Positions 16,869-24,386 of a stretch of DNA of 31,021 nucleotides are shown in pieces. The notes below the pieces were generated by a model, which worked only from the letters and a program-made list of their open reading frames with translations, was not told where the DNA came from and searched no databases. This DNA comes from a virus. Made by a program: the position numbers and the translations under genes. The DNA is taken from IMG/VR virus record IMGVR_UViG_3300045595_000033. One strand, written 5' to 3'. Position 1 is the stretch's first letter. Each line of letters begins with the position of its first letter.

Positions 16869-17155
16869 TACTCCCCTACTATCCAGGGGGTATGCCATCA
16901 CAAGGTAAATATCAGATCAGATATCAAACAACAACAGGTTTAGAAAAATTGGTCATTGATTATACAGGATTGAATCTATTACAGATTCAAGAAATGCAGA
17001 TTGATGATTTTTTGTTTTTAGCCCGTGAGTCGTTCATTAACGAAATGAACGCAACGGAAGATGGAAGAGAATACCTTGAAAATTGCTGGCGGTTGACTCA
17101 GACCAAGCCGGATAGGGAGGCAATTAGATCTCATTTTAAGAAAATAGAAAGGTGA
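16542..17155 (+). CDS. Tail assembly chaperone G-T fusion made by -1 programmed frameshift at 16859-16865
   Basis: The ORF at 16892..17155 is in the -1 frame relative to 16542..16868, and that frame is open from 16829. CCCAAAC is in the correct zero-frame phase (C CCA AAC) just before the TAA. Confidence 0.6.
16859..16889 (+). promoter_or_regulatory. Recoding signal: slippery heptamer C CCA AAC plus downstream cccct/agggg stem
   Basis: Heptamer at 16859-16865. 5-bp GC stem at 16873-16877 / 16885-16889, beginning 8 nt downstream. Confidence 0.55.
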
Positions 17156-17164
17156 TATCGGCAT

Positions 17165-19780
17165 ATGGCAGATGTAGTAAAGGGAATTACCGTTAAATTT
17201 GGTGGCGATACCACAGAAGTTTCAAAAGCTCTGAAATCCATTAAGGACGAATCCAAATCTGTTGAAGCTCAGCTGAAAGCTGTAGATAAAGCACTTAAAC
17301 TGGATCCGAAAAATACAGAACTTGTTAAGCAGAAGCAAGAGCTTCTGAAAGAATCAATCAGTAAGACAACAGAGAAATTAGACGTTTTGAATCAGGAGCA
17401 GAAGAAGCTCCAGGATATAGCTGCCAAAGGCGGAGATGTTCCTGTTTCAACAATGAATAATGTTCAAGCCTCTATCCAGTCAACAAAAAATGAGCTTACA
17501 AAGCTTCAGAAAGAGCTTGATACATCAACCAGTAAATGGCAAGAGTTCTCTAACAAAGCAAAAAAGACTTCAGAAGATGCCGGCAAAACAGGTGAAGCTT
17601 TAACAAAAGGAGTAACAGCTCCGATTATTGCCACAGGTGCAGCTGGTGTTCTTGCCTTTGAGAGTGTTGATAAAGGCATGGATATTATCGTTGAGAAGAC
17701 TGGTGCTTCTGGAGATGCTCTCAAAGGCATGGAAGACGTAGCAAAAGATATTGCTGCCGAAATTCCAACAGACTTTGAAACAGCCGGAACGGCAGTTGGT
17801 GAAGTAAATACAAGATTTGGATTAACGGGAGATACGTTGAATACGTTGTCTTCACAGTTTATTAAATTTGCGAAGATAAACAATACGGATCTAACCGGTT
17901 CAATTTCAAATACACAGAAAATCTTAAGCCAGTACAACATGGATGTTTCTGATGCTGGCAATCTGCTTGGATTATTTACTTCTGTTTCTCAGAAAACGGG
18001 AGTTTCTGTAGATGATCTGATGAATTCTATTCAGACCAACGGTGCTACATTCCAGGAAATGGGATTATCCGCATCAGATGCAGCTGTTATGATTGGCAAA
18101 TTTGAACAGAACGGCCTTAATGCTGATCAGATGCTCACTGGTTTGAAAAAGGCAGCCACAAACTATAGCAAGGAAGGAAAGAGCATGAGCGAAGGCCTTA
18201 ACGGCTTAATCACAAGGCTCCAGGATTCCTCTACAAGTTCAAAGGCTACAGCAGAAGCTTACGATATCTTCGGCGCGAAGGCCGGGCTTGCGTTTGTGAA
18301 TGCAGCAAAATCTGGAAAGATTAACCTTTCGGATCTTGGAACAACCTTAAGCAATTATGGATCAACGGTAGATACTACATTTGGAAATACTGTTGACGGT
18401 ATGGATACTTTGAAGACCGCCGGAAATGCCGTTAAGGAGGCTCTGGCGACTCTTGGAAGTGCAATCGGTGAAACACTCGCACCAATGCTAAATGCTGTTG
18501 CAGACGTTATGAGAAGCATTAGTAAGTGGTTCGGCAATCTATCTCCAGAAATGCAGAAAACAATCGTTCAAATTGCTCTTGTGGCAGCTGCGATAGGGCC
18601 AGTAATAATGGCTGTTTCAAAAGTAACCAAAACAATAGCGGGATTAAAAGCTGGAATTGGAATGCTCAACAATCCAATAGTGCTTGTAGTGTTAGCTATT
18701 GCAGCGGTTGTAGCTGCTGTTATTTATCTGTGGAATAACTGTGCATGGTTCCGTGATATGGTAACCAATGCATTTCGCTATATTCAGCAGGTTGTTTCTA
18801 TTGTTTGGCCTTACATTCAGAATGCAATAACGACTGTATGGAATGTTGTTTCTTCCATTTGGAATGCATGTGCTCCATTCTTCCAGGCATTATTTCAGGG
18901 AATATGGAATATTGTTCAGACAGTATGGCCATACATACAGGCAGCAGTTGTTACTGTGTGGAACGTTATTCAGACTATCTGGAGTGCATGCCAGCCGTTC
19001 TTTGAAGGCATGTTCAAAGCCATCAATTTCACAGTTGGCGTTGTGTTTGCCATCATTGGTGCAGTTGTAACAGGAGTTTGGAACAATGTTATCAAGCCTG
19101 TTTGGGACTTTGTAGAGCCGTTCTTCTCTGCACTGTTCAATGGTATATCAGCGGTTGCTGGTCCTGTATGGAACGCAATTGCGGGATTTGTGACAGGTGC
19201 ATGGGATACAATCAAAGCTATTTGGGATGGTGTTTCTGGATTCTTTGGAGGCATTTGGGATGCTATTTCTGCACCAGTCGAAGGAATATGGGATGGTATT
19301 AAAAACACATTCTCTGGAGCCATTGACTGGATCAAGGGATTGTTCAATTTTGATTGGCATTGGCCATCAATACCGCTTCCACATTTCTCTTTGAATCCTC
19401 CAGACTGGCAGATCACGGATCTGTTCAGCGGATCATGGCCAACAATCGGCATTGATTGGTACGCAAAAGGTGGCATTTTAACAGCTCCTACAATCTTTGG
19501 TGCTTCTGGGAATTCATTGCAAGTAGGTGGCGAAGCGGGAAATGAAGCTGTGCTGCCATTGGATGAATTTTATTCCAATGTTAGAAGCTATGTTCAGGAT
19601 GCTATTGATACAACACGGGTGATTGTTCAGACGGGTGGATCAGGCTCAAGTGGTGAAACACAGTCTGCCGGATTTACACAGAACAACCATTTCTACAGTC
19701 CAAAAGCACTTGATCCTTCGGAATCTGCTAGGCTGGCCAAGATTGAAGCACAGAAAATTGTTCAGAAAATCAGAAAGTGA
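17165..19780 (+). CDS. Tape measure protein
   Basis: 871 aa with an N-terminal coiled coil, central hydrophobic segments and W/F-periodic repeats. Canonical position. Confidence 0.9.
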   Translation: MADVVKGITVKFGGDTTEVSKALKSIKDESKSVEAQLKAVDKALKLDPKNTELVKQKQELLKESISKTTEKLDVLNQEQKKLQDIAAKGGDVPVSTMNNVQASIQSTKNELTKLQKELDTSTSKWQEFSNKAKKTSEDAGKTGEALTKGVTAPIIATGAAGVLAFESVDKGMDIIVEKTGASGDALKGMEDVAKDIAAEIPTDFETAGTAVGEVNTRFGLTGDTLNTLSSQFIKFAKINNTDLTGSISNTQKILSQYNMDVSDAGNLLGLFTSVSQKTGVSVDDLMNSIQTNGATFQEMGLSASDAAVMIGKFEQNGLNADQMLTGLKKAATNYSKEGKSMSEGLNGLITRLQDSSTSSKATAEAYDIFGAKAGLAFVNAAKSGKINLSDLGTTLSNYGSTVDTTFGNTVDGMDTLKTAGNAVKEALATLGSAIGETLAPMLNAVADVMRSISKWFGNLSPEMQKTIVQIALVAAAIGPVIMAVSKVTKTIAGLKAGIGMLNNPIVLVVLAIAAVVAAVIYLWNNCAWFRDMVTNAFRYIQQVVSIVWPYIQNAITTVWNVVSSIWNACAPFFQALFQGIWNIVQTVWPYIQAAVVTVWNVIQTIWSACQPFFEGMFKAINFTVGVVFAIIGAVVTGVWNNVIKPVWDFVEPFFSALFNGISAVAGPVWNAIAGFVTGAWDTIKAIWDGVSGFFGGIWDAISAPVEGIWDGIKNTFSGAIDWIKGLFNFDWHWPSIPLPHFSLNPPDWQITDLFSGSWPTIGIDWYAKGGILTAPTIFGASGNSLQVGGEAGNEAVLPLDEFYSNVRSYVQDAIDTTRVIVQTGGSGSSGETQSAGFTQNNHFYSPKALDPSESARLAKIEAQKIVQKIRK
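18803..19042 (+). repeat. Tandem 40-aa (120-bp) duplication within the tape measure gene
   Basis: VWPYIQNAITTVWNVVSSIWNACAPFFQALFQGIWNIVQT is followed by VWPYIQAAVVTVWNVIQTIWSACQPFFEGMFKAINFTVGV. More degenerate W-x10 units follow. Confidence 0.75.
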
Positions 19781-19789
19781 GGTGGCGGA

Positions 19790-20668
19790 ATGGCAGTTAA
19801 AGTTAAATGTCTCAATGAAGACAATGTTTCAATTGAATTTTCCGCCACTGAAACTGCTGAATACTTTCTTGAAGAATTGGATGGTGTAAGCAGTGTTTCA
19901 AATGCGGTTAGCACATCAGACAACACAATGACTGATGGAGCAACATACCAAGGTTCAGTAACAAAAGCACGTAATATCTTGATTAAGGGCTTCATTGATG
20001 ATGATTACATCAATCGAAGAAATTTCTTATATAACGTTGCTTTCAAACCAAAATCTTTCGGAACATTTACTTATTATGAAGATGATGAAGTAAAAAATAT
20101 TCCGTATGTTTTGGAAAGCATTGAAGTAGAAACAACGGGTATTGTTAGGCACTTTACAGTTTCGATTATTTGTCCTGATCCATTCTTTCTTGATCTGGAT
20201 GATACAGTTGTTACAATGTCCGGCTGGCAGTCTTTGTTTGAGTGGCCGCATACATTCTTAAATGAAAAAGAAGAGTTTGGCAGACGAATAAAATCTGTTT
20301 CAAAGGACATTGCAAATAATTCAGCAGCCGATTACATAGGCATTAAGATCAGCATTACAGTTGATGGAACCGTAGTTAATCCGGCGGTGTATCATCTGGA
20401 ACAAGCTGAATTCATTAAGCTTGGAAACACTTCTGATCCATTAACTATGGTTTCTGGTGATGAATTGGTAATAACAACTGGAGACAATAAAAAAGATATT
20501 TATCTGATTCACAATGGTGTGAAAACTAATGTGAATAAATATCTTGATCAGCAGTCTCAATTCATTCAGCTTGTTCACGGAACAAATACTCTCAAATATG
20601 ATGCGGATTCTGGCGTTGACTATATCAATTGCTCTATTACTTATCGGTTCCGCTATCTTGGAGTCTGA
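19790..20668 (+). CDS. Distal tail protein (Dit-like, siphovirus tail component)
   Basis: First gene after the tape measure, 292 aa. Confidence 0.6.
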   Translation: MAVKVKCLNEDNVSIEFSATETAEYFLEELDGVSSVSNAVSTSDNTMTDGATYQGSVTKARNILIKGFIDDDYINRRNFLYNVAFKPKSFGTFTYYEDDEVKNIPYVLESIEVETTGIVRHFTVSIICPDPFFLDLDDTVVTMSGWQSLFEWPHTFLNEKEEFGRRIKSVSKDIANNSAADYIGIKISITVDGTVVNPAVYHLEQAEFIKLGNTSDPLTMVSGDELVITTGDNKKDIYLIHNGVKTNVNKYLDQQSQFIQLVHGTNTLKYDADSGVDYINCSITYRFRYLGV

Positions 20669-20670
20669 TC

Positions 20671-21702
20671 ATGGAAATTAGAGTATATGATAGCAATCTA
20701 TCATTGCTAGGGTTTGTAGATAATTCTACTTCGCTGCTATGGAATAGAAGATTCTATAAGCCAGGTGCATTTGAACTGCATCTGCCGGCAACAGATTCAA
20801 ATTTGGAATTATTGGTTGAAGGAAACGTGGTTCATATATACGGGAAGAAAGAAGCCGGGGTTATAGAGCACAAGGATATTGAAAATGATAGCCTTGTTGT
20901 TTCCGGGAACTTTCTCAGCAATTACATGGATCGGAGACTGATCAAAGGAACATTCAATTTTAATGGATTAACCGAAGTTGCTATGCGGGATATCCTCACG
21001 AATGCAACAGCAATTCCAAATGTAGAGCTTGGAACATTGAATGGATTTACGCCAAGAGTACAGTTTCAGGCAACATATAAAAATCTACTTACATATGAAG
21101 AAAAGCTTTCTGTTTCAAGCAATATTGGCTTTCGTTTTAGGCCTGATTTTGTAAATAAAAAGATAATCTTTGAAACATATGAAGGAGTAGACAGAACATC
21201 CAGCCAAGCAGTCAATTCAAGAGTTGAATTTTCGGAGAACTATAAGAACATAGCAAATCCTAAATATTCATATGATGATTCTAACTTGAGAACAATTGCC
21301 TATGTTGGAGGAGAGGGAGAGGGATCCGCAAGAACGTTTGTTACGGTAGGCGGTGGATCCGGCCTCGGTCTTCGTGAGCTGTTTGTTGATGCAAAGGATA
21401 TTCAAAAGGGGGACTTGACGGATGATCAGTATAAGGCTCTTCTAGTCCAGCGTGGAAATGAAAAGCTTGCGGAGAATATCATCAATGAATCGTTTGATGC
21501 AGATGCTCTTCCGGATATTAACTTTGTTTATACTCAAGATTATGACCTGGGAGATATTGTTACCATCAAAGAAAAGAAATGGAACAAATCAATGGATAAG
21601 AGGATAACAGAGGTCCAAGAGGTATATGAACATACAAATATGTTCATCAGATTGACCTTCGGAGATCCTCTGCCTGAAACAATAGATTGGAGTGATAGTT
21701 AA
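20671..21702 (+). CDS. Tail-associated protein (Sipho_Gp37-like / Tal-like)
   Basis: ATG 20671 follows the Dit stop. MEIRVYDSNLSLLGFVDNSTSLLWNRRFYKPGAFELHLP resembles the ReqiPepy6 Gp37-like N-terminus. Confidence 0.55.
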   Translation: MEIRVYDSNLSLLGFVDNSTSLLWNRRFYKPGAFELHLPATDSNLELLVEGNVVHIYGKKEAGVIEHKDIENDSLVVSGNFLSNYMDRRLIKGTFNFNGLTEVAMRDILTNATAIPNVELGTLNGFTPRVQFQATYKNLLTYEEKLSVSSNIGFRFRPDFVNKKIIFETYEGVDRTSSQAVNSRVEFSENYKNIANPKYSYDDSNLRTIAYVGGEGEGSARTFVTVGGGSGLGLRELFVDAKDIQKGDLTDDQYKALLVQRGNEKLAENIINESFDADALPDINFVYTQDYDLGDIVTIKEKKWNKSMDKRITEVQEVYEHTNMFIRLTFGDPLPETIDWSDS

Positions 21703-22574
21703 TGGGTATAACATCATACTTTTACAACTCTATTGATAACGATAGAACATACGACAGTTCATCCATGGAGAACTGGTTGAAGAAATTCTTTACAACCGGT
21801 GTTTTCAAAGATGATTATGCAGTTGTTTCTGGGTCCGGAATGGCGGTGAGCGTTGGATCCGGATACGCTAACATAAACGGAAAGGTTGCTATGTCTGATG
21901 CGGATGCGTCTTTAGACCTTGCAACAGCTTCCGGAACACTGAATCGTATTGATTCAATCGTTCTCAGAAGAGACGATACAAACAGATTGTGCAGCCTGGT
22001 GGTTATCCAGGGGAGCAATGCATCAACGCCTACTCCGCCGGATATCATCAGAGCAAACGGTATCTATGATCTGAGATTGGCCAATATCTATGTTAAAGCC
22101 GGAGCAATCAAGATTACTCAGGCAGAGATCACAGATATGCGGGCTTATTCGGAATGTGGAATCGTAGCATCTACGGTTACACAGATGGATTTCAGCCAGT
22201 TTGCAGCACAATTCTCAAGCTATTTTGATCAGTTCAAAGATAACAAAGAGGTTGAGATTACAACCTGGTTCGCAGATAAAGAATCTGCATTCAACACATG
22301 GGAAGACAATCGGAAGGCAGACTATGAAACATGGTATACGGATCGGCAGTCTAAATTTGATACATGGTATGCAAGCATCATTGGAAAACTATCCGGAGAC
22401 GTTGCCACAAAGCTCACAGAAGCCACAACAGAATTGGACGGTAGAATTACCGCCCTCGAGCATATGGTCATTGATAACGATATTACAGCTCCTCTAACAG
22501 ATGATGATGGAGCTATCCTCGTTGATGATGATGGTTATGCATTACTTGCCGATTGGCAATATGTTCAGAAATAG
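21702..22574 (+). CDS. Tail/baseplate structural protein with W-periodic coiled C-terminal region
   Basis: ATGA-coupled to the upstream gene, positioned before the fibre. No catalytic motif. Confidence 0.5.
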   Translation: MGITSYFYNSIDNDRTYDSSSMENWLKKFFTTGVFKDDYAVVSGSGMAVSVGSGYANINGKVAMSDADASLDLATASGTLNRIDSIVLRRDDTNRLCSLVVIQGSNASTPTPPDIIRANGIYDLRLANIYVKAGAIKITQAEITDMRAYSECGIVASTVTQMDFSQFAAQFSSYFDQFKDNKEVEITTWFADKESAFNTWEDNRKADYETWYTDRQSKFDTWYASIIGKLSGDVATKLTEATTELDGRITALEHMVIDNDITAPLTDDDGAILVDDDGYALLADWQYVQK

Positions 22575-22588
22575 AAGGAGAAAACAAA

Positions 22589-23548
22589 ATGGCAGATATA
22601 CCTACAAAAAAATTGGATCAGCTTAATGCTGCAAGTGCTGTTGGATCGGATGATGATATTGTCGTAATCCGCTTCGCAGATGGCTCCGGTGTTAAGAAAT
22701 TAACGGTTGCTGAATTGCGTAAAGCAATGGCCGGAGATATTGCTACTCTTGGAACTACAGATAAAACATCTGCGGTGGCAGCCATCAATGAATTGAATAC
22801 AGCAGAGAAAGGCACAGCAGATCTTCTGGCTCCGCTTGTATTCGCAAATGCTGGTTCGCATAACGGCGTATTCAGAGGAAAAGATATCACTGCAAACGTA
22901 AATGATGGGAGTTTCTATACAAACATCAAGAATGGCACGTTCAAAGATATCTATATCGGTGATTACTTCACAAAAACAGTGAACGGAACGGCATTTGTAT
23001 TCCGCGTTGCCGGATTAGATGTTTATCTGCATAGAGGAAGCACAGAGTTCACATCACATCATGCAGTTATTGTTCCAGATGGAATCTTTGGAAAGTTCCA
23101 GATGAACTCTTCTAATACAACAGCCGGTGGATATGTTGCAACCGCAATGTATACAAACGTGCTGCCTACATGGGCTGGATATCTTGCAACTGCATTTGGA
23201 TCCAATCTCTTAACAAATAAAGAATTGTTATCAAATGCAATTAGCGGTGATCTTCCTAGTGGCTGGGATTGGTATGATTCAAAAGTTAATCTCATGACTT
23301 CTGAAGAGGTTATTGGCCATGGCGGATTTGGCATGTCTGGTCATAACTATGGCTATAACATTGGCATTGCCTATGGGCAGCTTCCGTTGTTCAGATTGGC
23401 TCCAGAGTTTATCTGTAACCGTGAGGTTTGGTGGCTCCGCAATATTACAACTGCTGCCGACTTCGCGGATGTGGGCAGCGGCGGCGATTTGGGCGGCGGC
23501 TACGCTTCCGGCACCTGGGGTCTTCGCCCTCGTTTCCTGCTTGGCTAA
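22589..23548 (+). CDS. Tail fibre / receptor-binding protein; DGR target gene carrying the VR at its C-terminus
   Basis: ATG 22589 follows a GAAGGAGAAAAC RBS. C-terminus ...EVWWLRNITTAADFADVGSGGDLGGGYASGTWGLRPRFLLG; its last 28 codons match the TR except at adenines. Confidence 0.85.
   Translation: MADIPTKKLDQLNAASAVGSDDDIVVIRFADGSGVKKLTVAELRKAMAGDIATLGTTDKTSAVAAINELNTAEKGTADLLAPLVFANAGSHNGVFRGKDITANVNDGSFYTNIKNGTFKDIYIGDYFTKTVNGTAFVFRVAGLDVYLHRGSTEFTSHHAVIVPDGIFGKFQMNSSNTTAGGYVATAMYTNVLPTWAGYLATAFGSNLLTNKELLSNAISGDLPSGWDWYDSKVNLMTSEEVIGHGGFGMSGHNYGYNIGIAYGQLPLFRLAPEFICNREVWWLRNITTAADFADVGSGGDLGGGYASGTWGLRPRFLLG
23452..23536 (+). repeat. DGR variable region (VR)
   Basis: 85 bp aligned to 24168-24252 at a fixed offset of 716. 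67/85 identical, and all 18 differences lie opposite TR adenines. Confidence 0.9.
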
Positions 23549-23555
23549 ATCTTTA

Positions 23556-23580
23556 ATCAGGCCCTCTTGTAGGGCCTGAT
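23556..23580 (+). promoter_or_regulatory. Perfect 10-bp stem / 5-nt loop hairpin 8 nt after the target stop codon (DGR homing-enhancing hairpin/cruciform candidate; may also terminate)
   Basis: atcaggccct-cttgt-agggcctgat read directly. Confidence 0.65.
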
Positions 23581-23598
23581 ATTACTTGAAAGGAATCT

Positions 23599-24147
23599 AT
23601 GTCTGTACCTAAATCCAAAAGATCTTTATCCGAACTAGAGTTCTACCACAATGCATATGTATTAAGAAAATCCATTACAGAATTGCTCCTCAAAGATTTT
23701 GGGATCAGAGATAAGCAGAGAAATATCAGAGCTTATGTTTCTATGAAACATTTTGATGCCAATGATAGAGAAGAATTCTTAAGGCTATGTGATAAATACA
23801 AGATCAACGATAACCTCATTGAATCGTATCCTACATGGCTCCTGGATCACTTTAGAACAAGCTTGATGGATTCCATGAACAGCTTGATCAATAACATCAC
23901 ATATGCAAACAGCGTATATCCCACAAGAGAATCTGAATATGATCAGCGGAGATTGTATCAGAACAGAGCAATTGCAAACTGCTATCAGATGCTACAGGAA
24001 ATGCAGTACGTGATCAGTGTTCTCCCAGTAGATGCCGAAAGATATATGAATTACGTTGGAATGATAGAACGTGAAATAGTTCTTCTAAAAGGATGGCGTA
24101 AATCAGACAACAGGATCCTGAAAGCTATCAAATCAAAAAATGAATAG
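23599..24147 (+). CDS. avd: Avd-like DGR accessory protein (helical bundle), unusually long at 182 aa
   Basis: Position between VR and TR. Helical, basic, with LEFYHNAYVLRKSITELL and ...NNITYANSVYP...RRLYQNRAIANCYQMLQEMQYV resembling four-helix-bundle Avd proteins. Confidence 0.6.
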   Translation: MSVPKSKRSLSELEFYHNAYVLRKSITELLLKDFGIRDKQRNIRAYVSMKHFDANDREEFLRLCDKYKINDNLIESYPTWLLDHFRTSLMDSMNSLINNITYANSVYPTRESEYDQRRLYQNRAIANCYQMLQEMQYVISVLPVDAERYMNYVGMIEREIVLLKGWRKSDNRILKAIKSKNE

Positions 24148-24380
24148 GGCATTGTTTACAAGAAAAGTGCTGCCAACTTCGCGAATGTGAACAACAACGG
24201 CAATTTGAACAACAACAACGCTTCCAACACCTGGGGTCTTCGCCCTCGATTCTATTGGCCATACTATGTGTAGGCTATAAGCCGATATGGCACAAGCAGA
24301 AGGAAACAATGTCCTTCCTTAATTGGTAAATATTATGGCAGATGCCAGCGGATACGTCCACAAGCTGAAACTGCCTACAT
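24148..24380 (+). ncRNA. DGR RNA (TR plus ~130-nt structured spacer preceding the RT gene)
   Basis: No ORF or RBS. Nested stems are visible, e.g. gccata...tatggc (24258-24291) enclosing ggct-ataa-gcc, and gaagga-aacaatg-tccttc (24300-24318). Confidence 0.6.
24168..24252 (+). repeat. DGR template region (TR)
   Basis: Non-coding copy of the VR. In the VR frame it reads AANFANVNNNGNLNNNNASNTWGLRPRF with 11 AAY codons. It holds 24 adenines, 18 of them substituted in the VR. Confidence 0.9.
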
Positions 24381-24386
24381 TTGTTT

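Noticed and set aside
17506-19476. Minus-strand and alternate-frame ORFs inside the tape measure gene (17506..17961, 18355..18537, 18970..19476, 18526..19394 set)
   Set aside because: They lie entirely within an 871-aa gene of clear identity. Their low-complexity Ser/Pro/Cys-rich translations are typical shadow ORFs of Ala/Gly/Trp-rich repeats.
24168-24252. The TR as a pseudogene fragment or plain duplication of the fibre C-terminus
   Set aside because: Ordinary divergence would scatter mismatches over all four bases. Here 18/18 mismatches are at TR adenines and 61/61 non-A positions are identical. The segment has no start codon or RBS.
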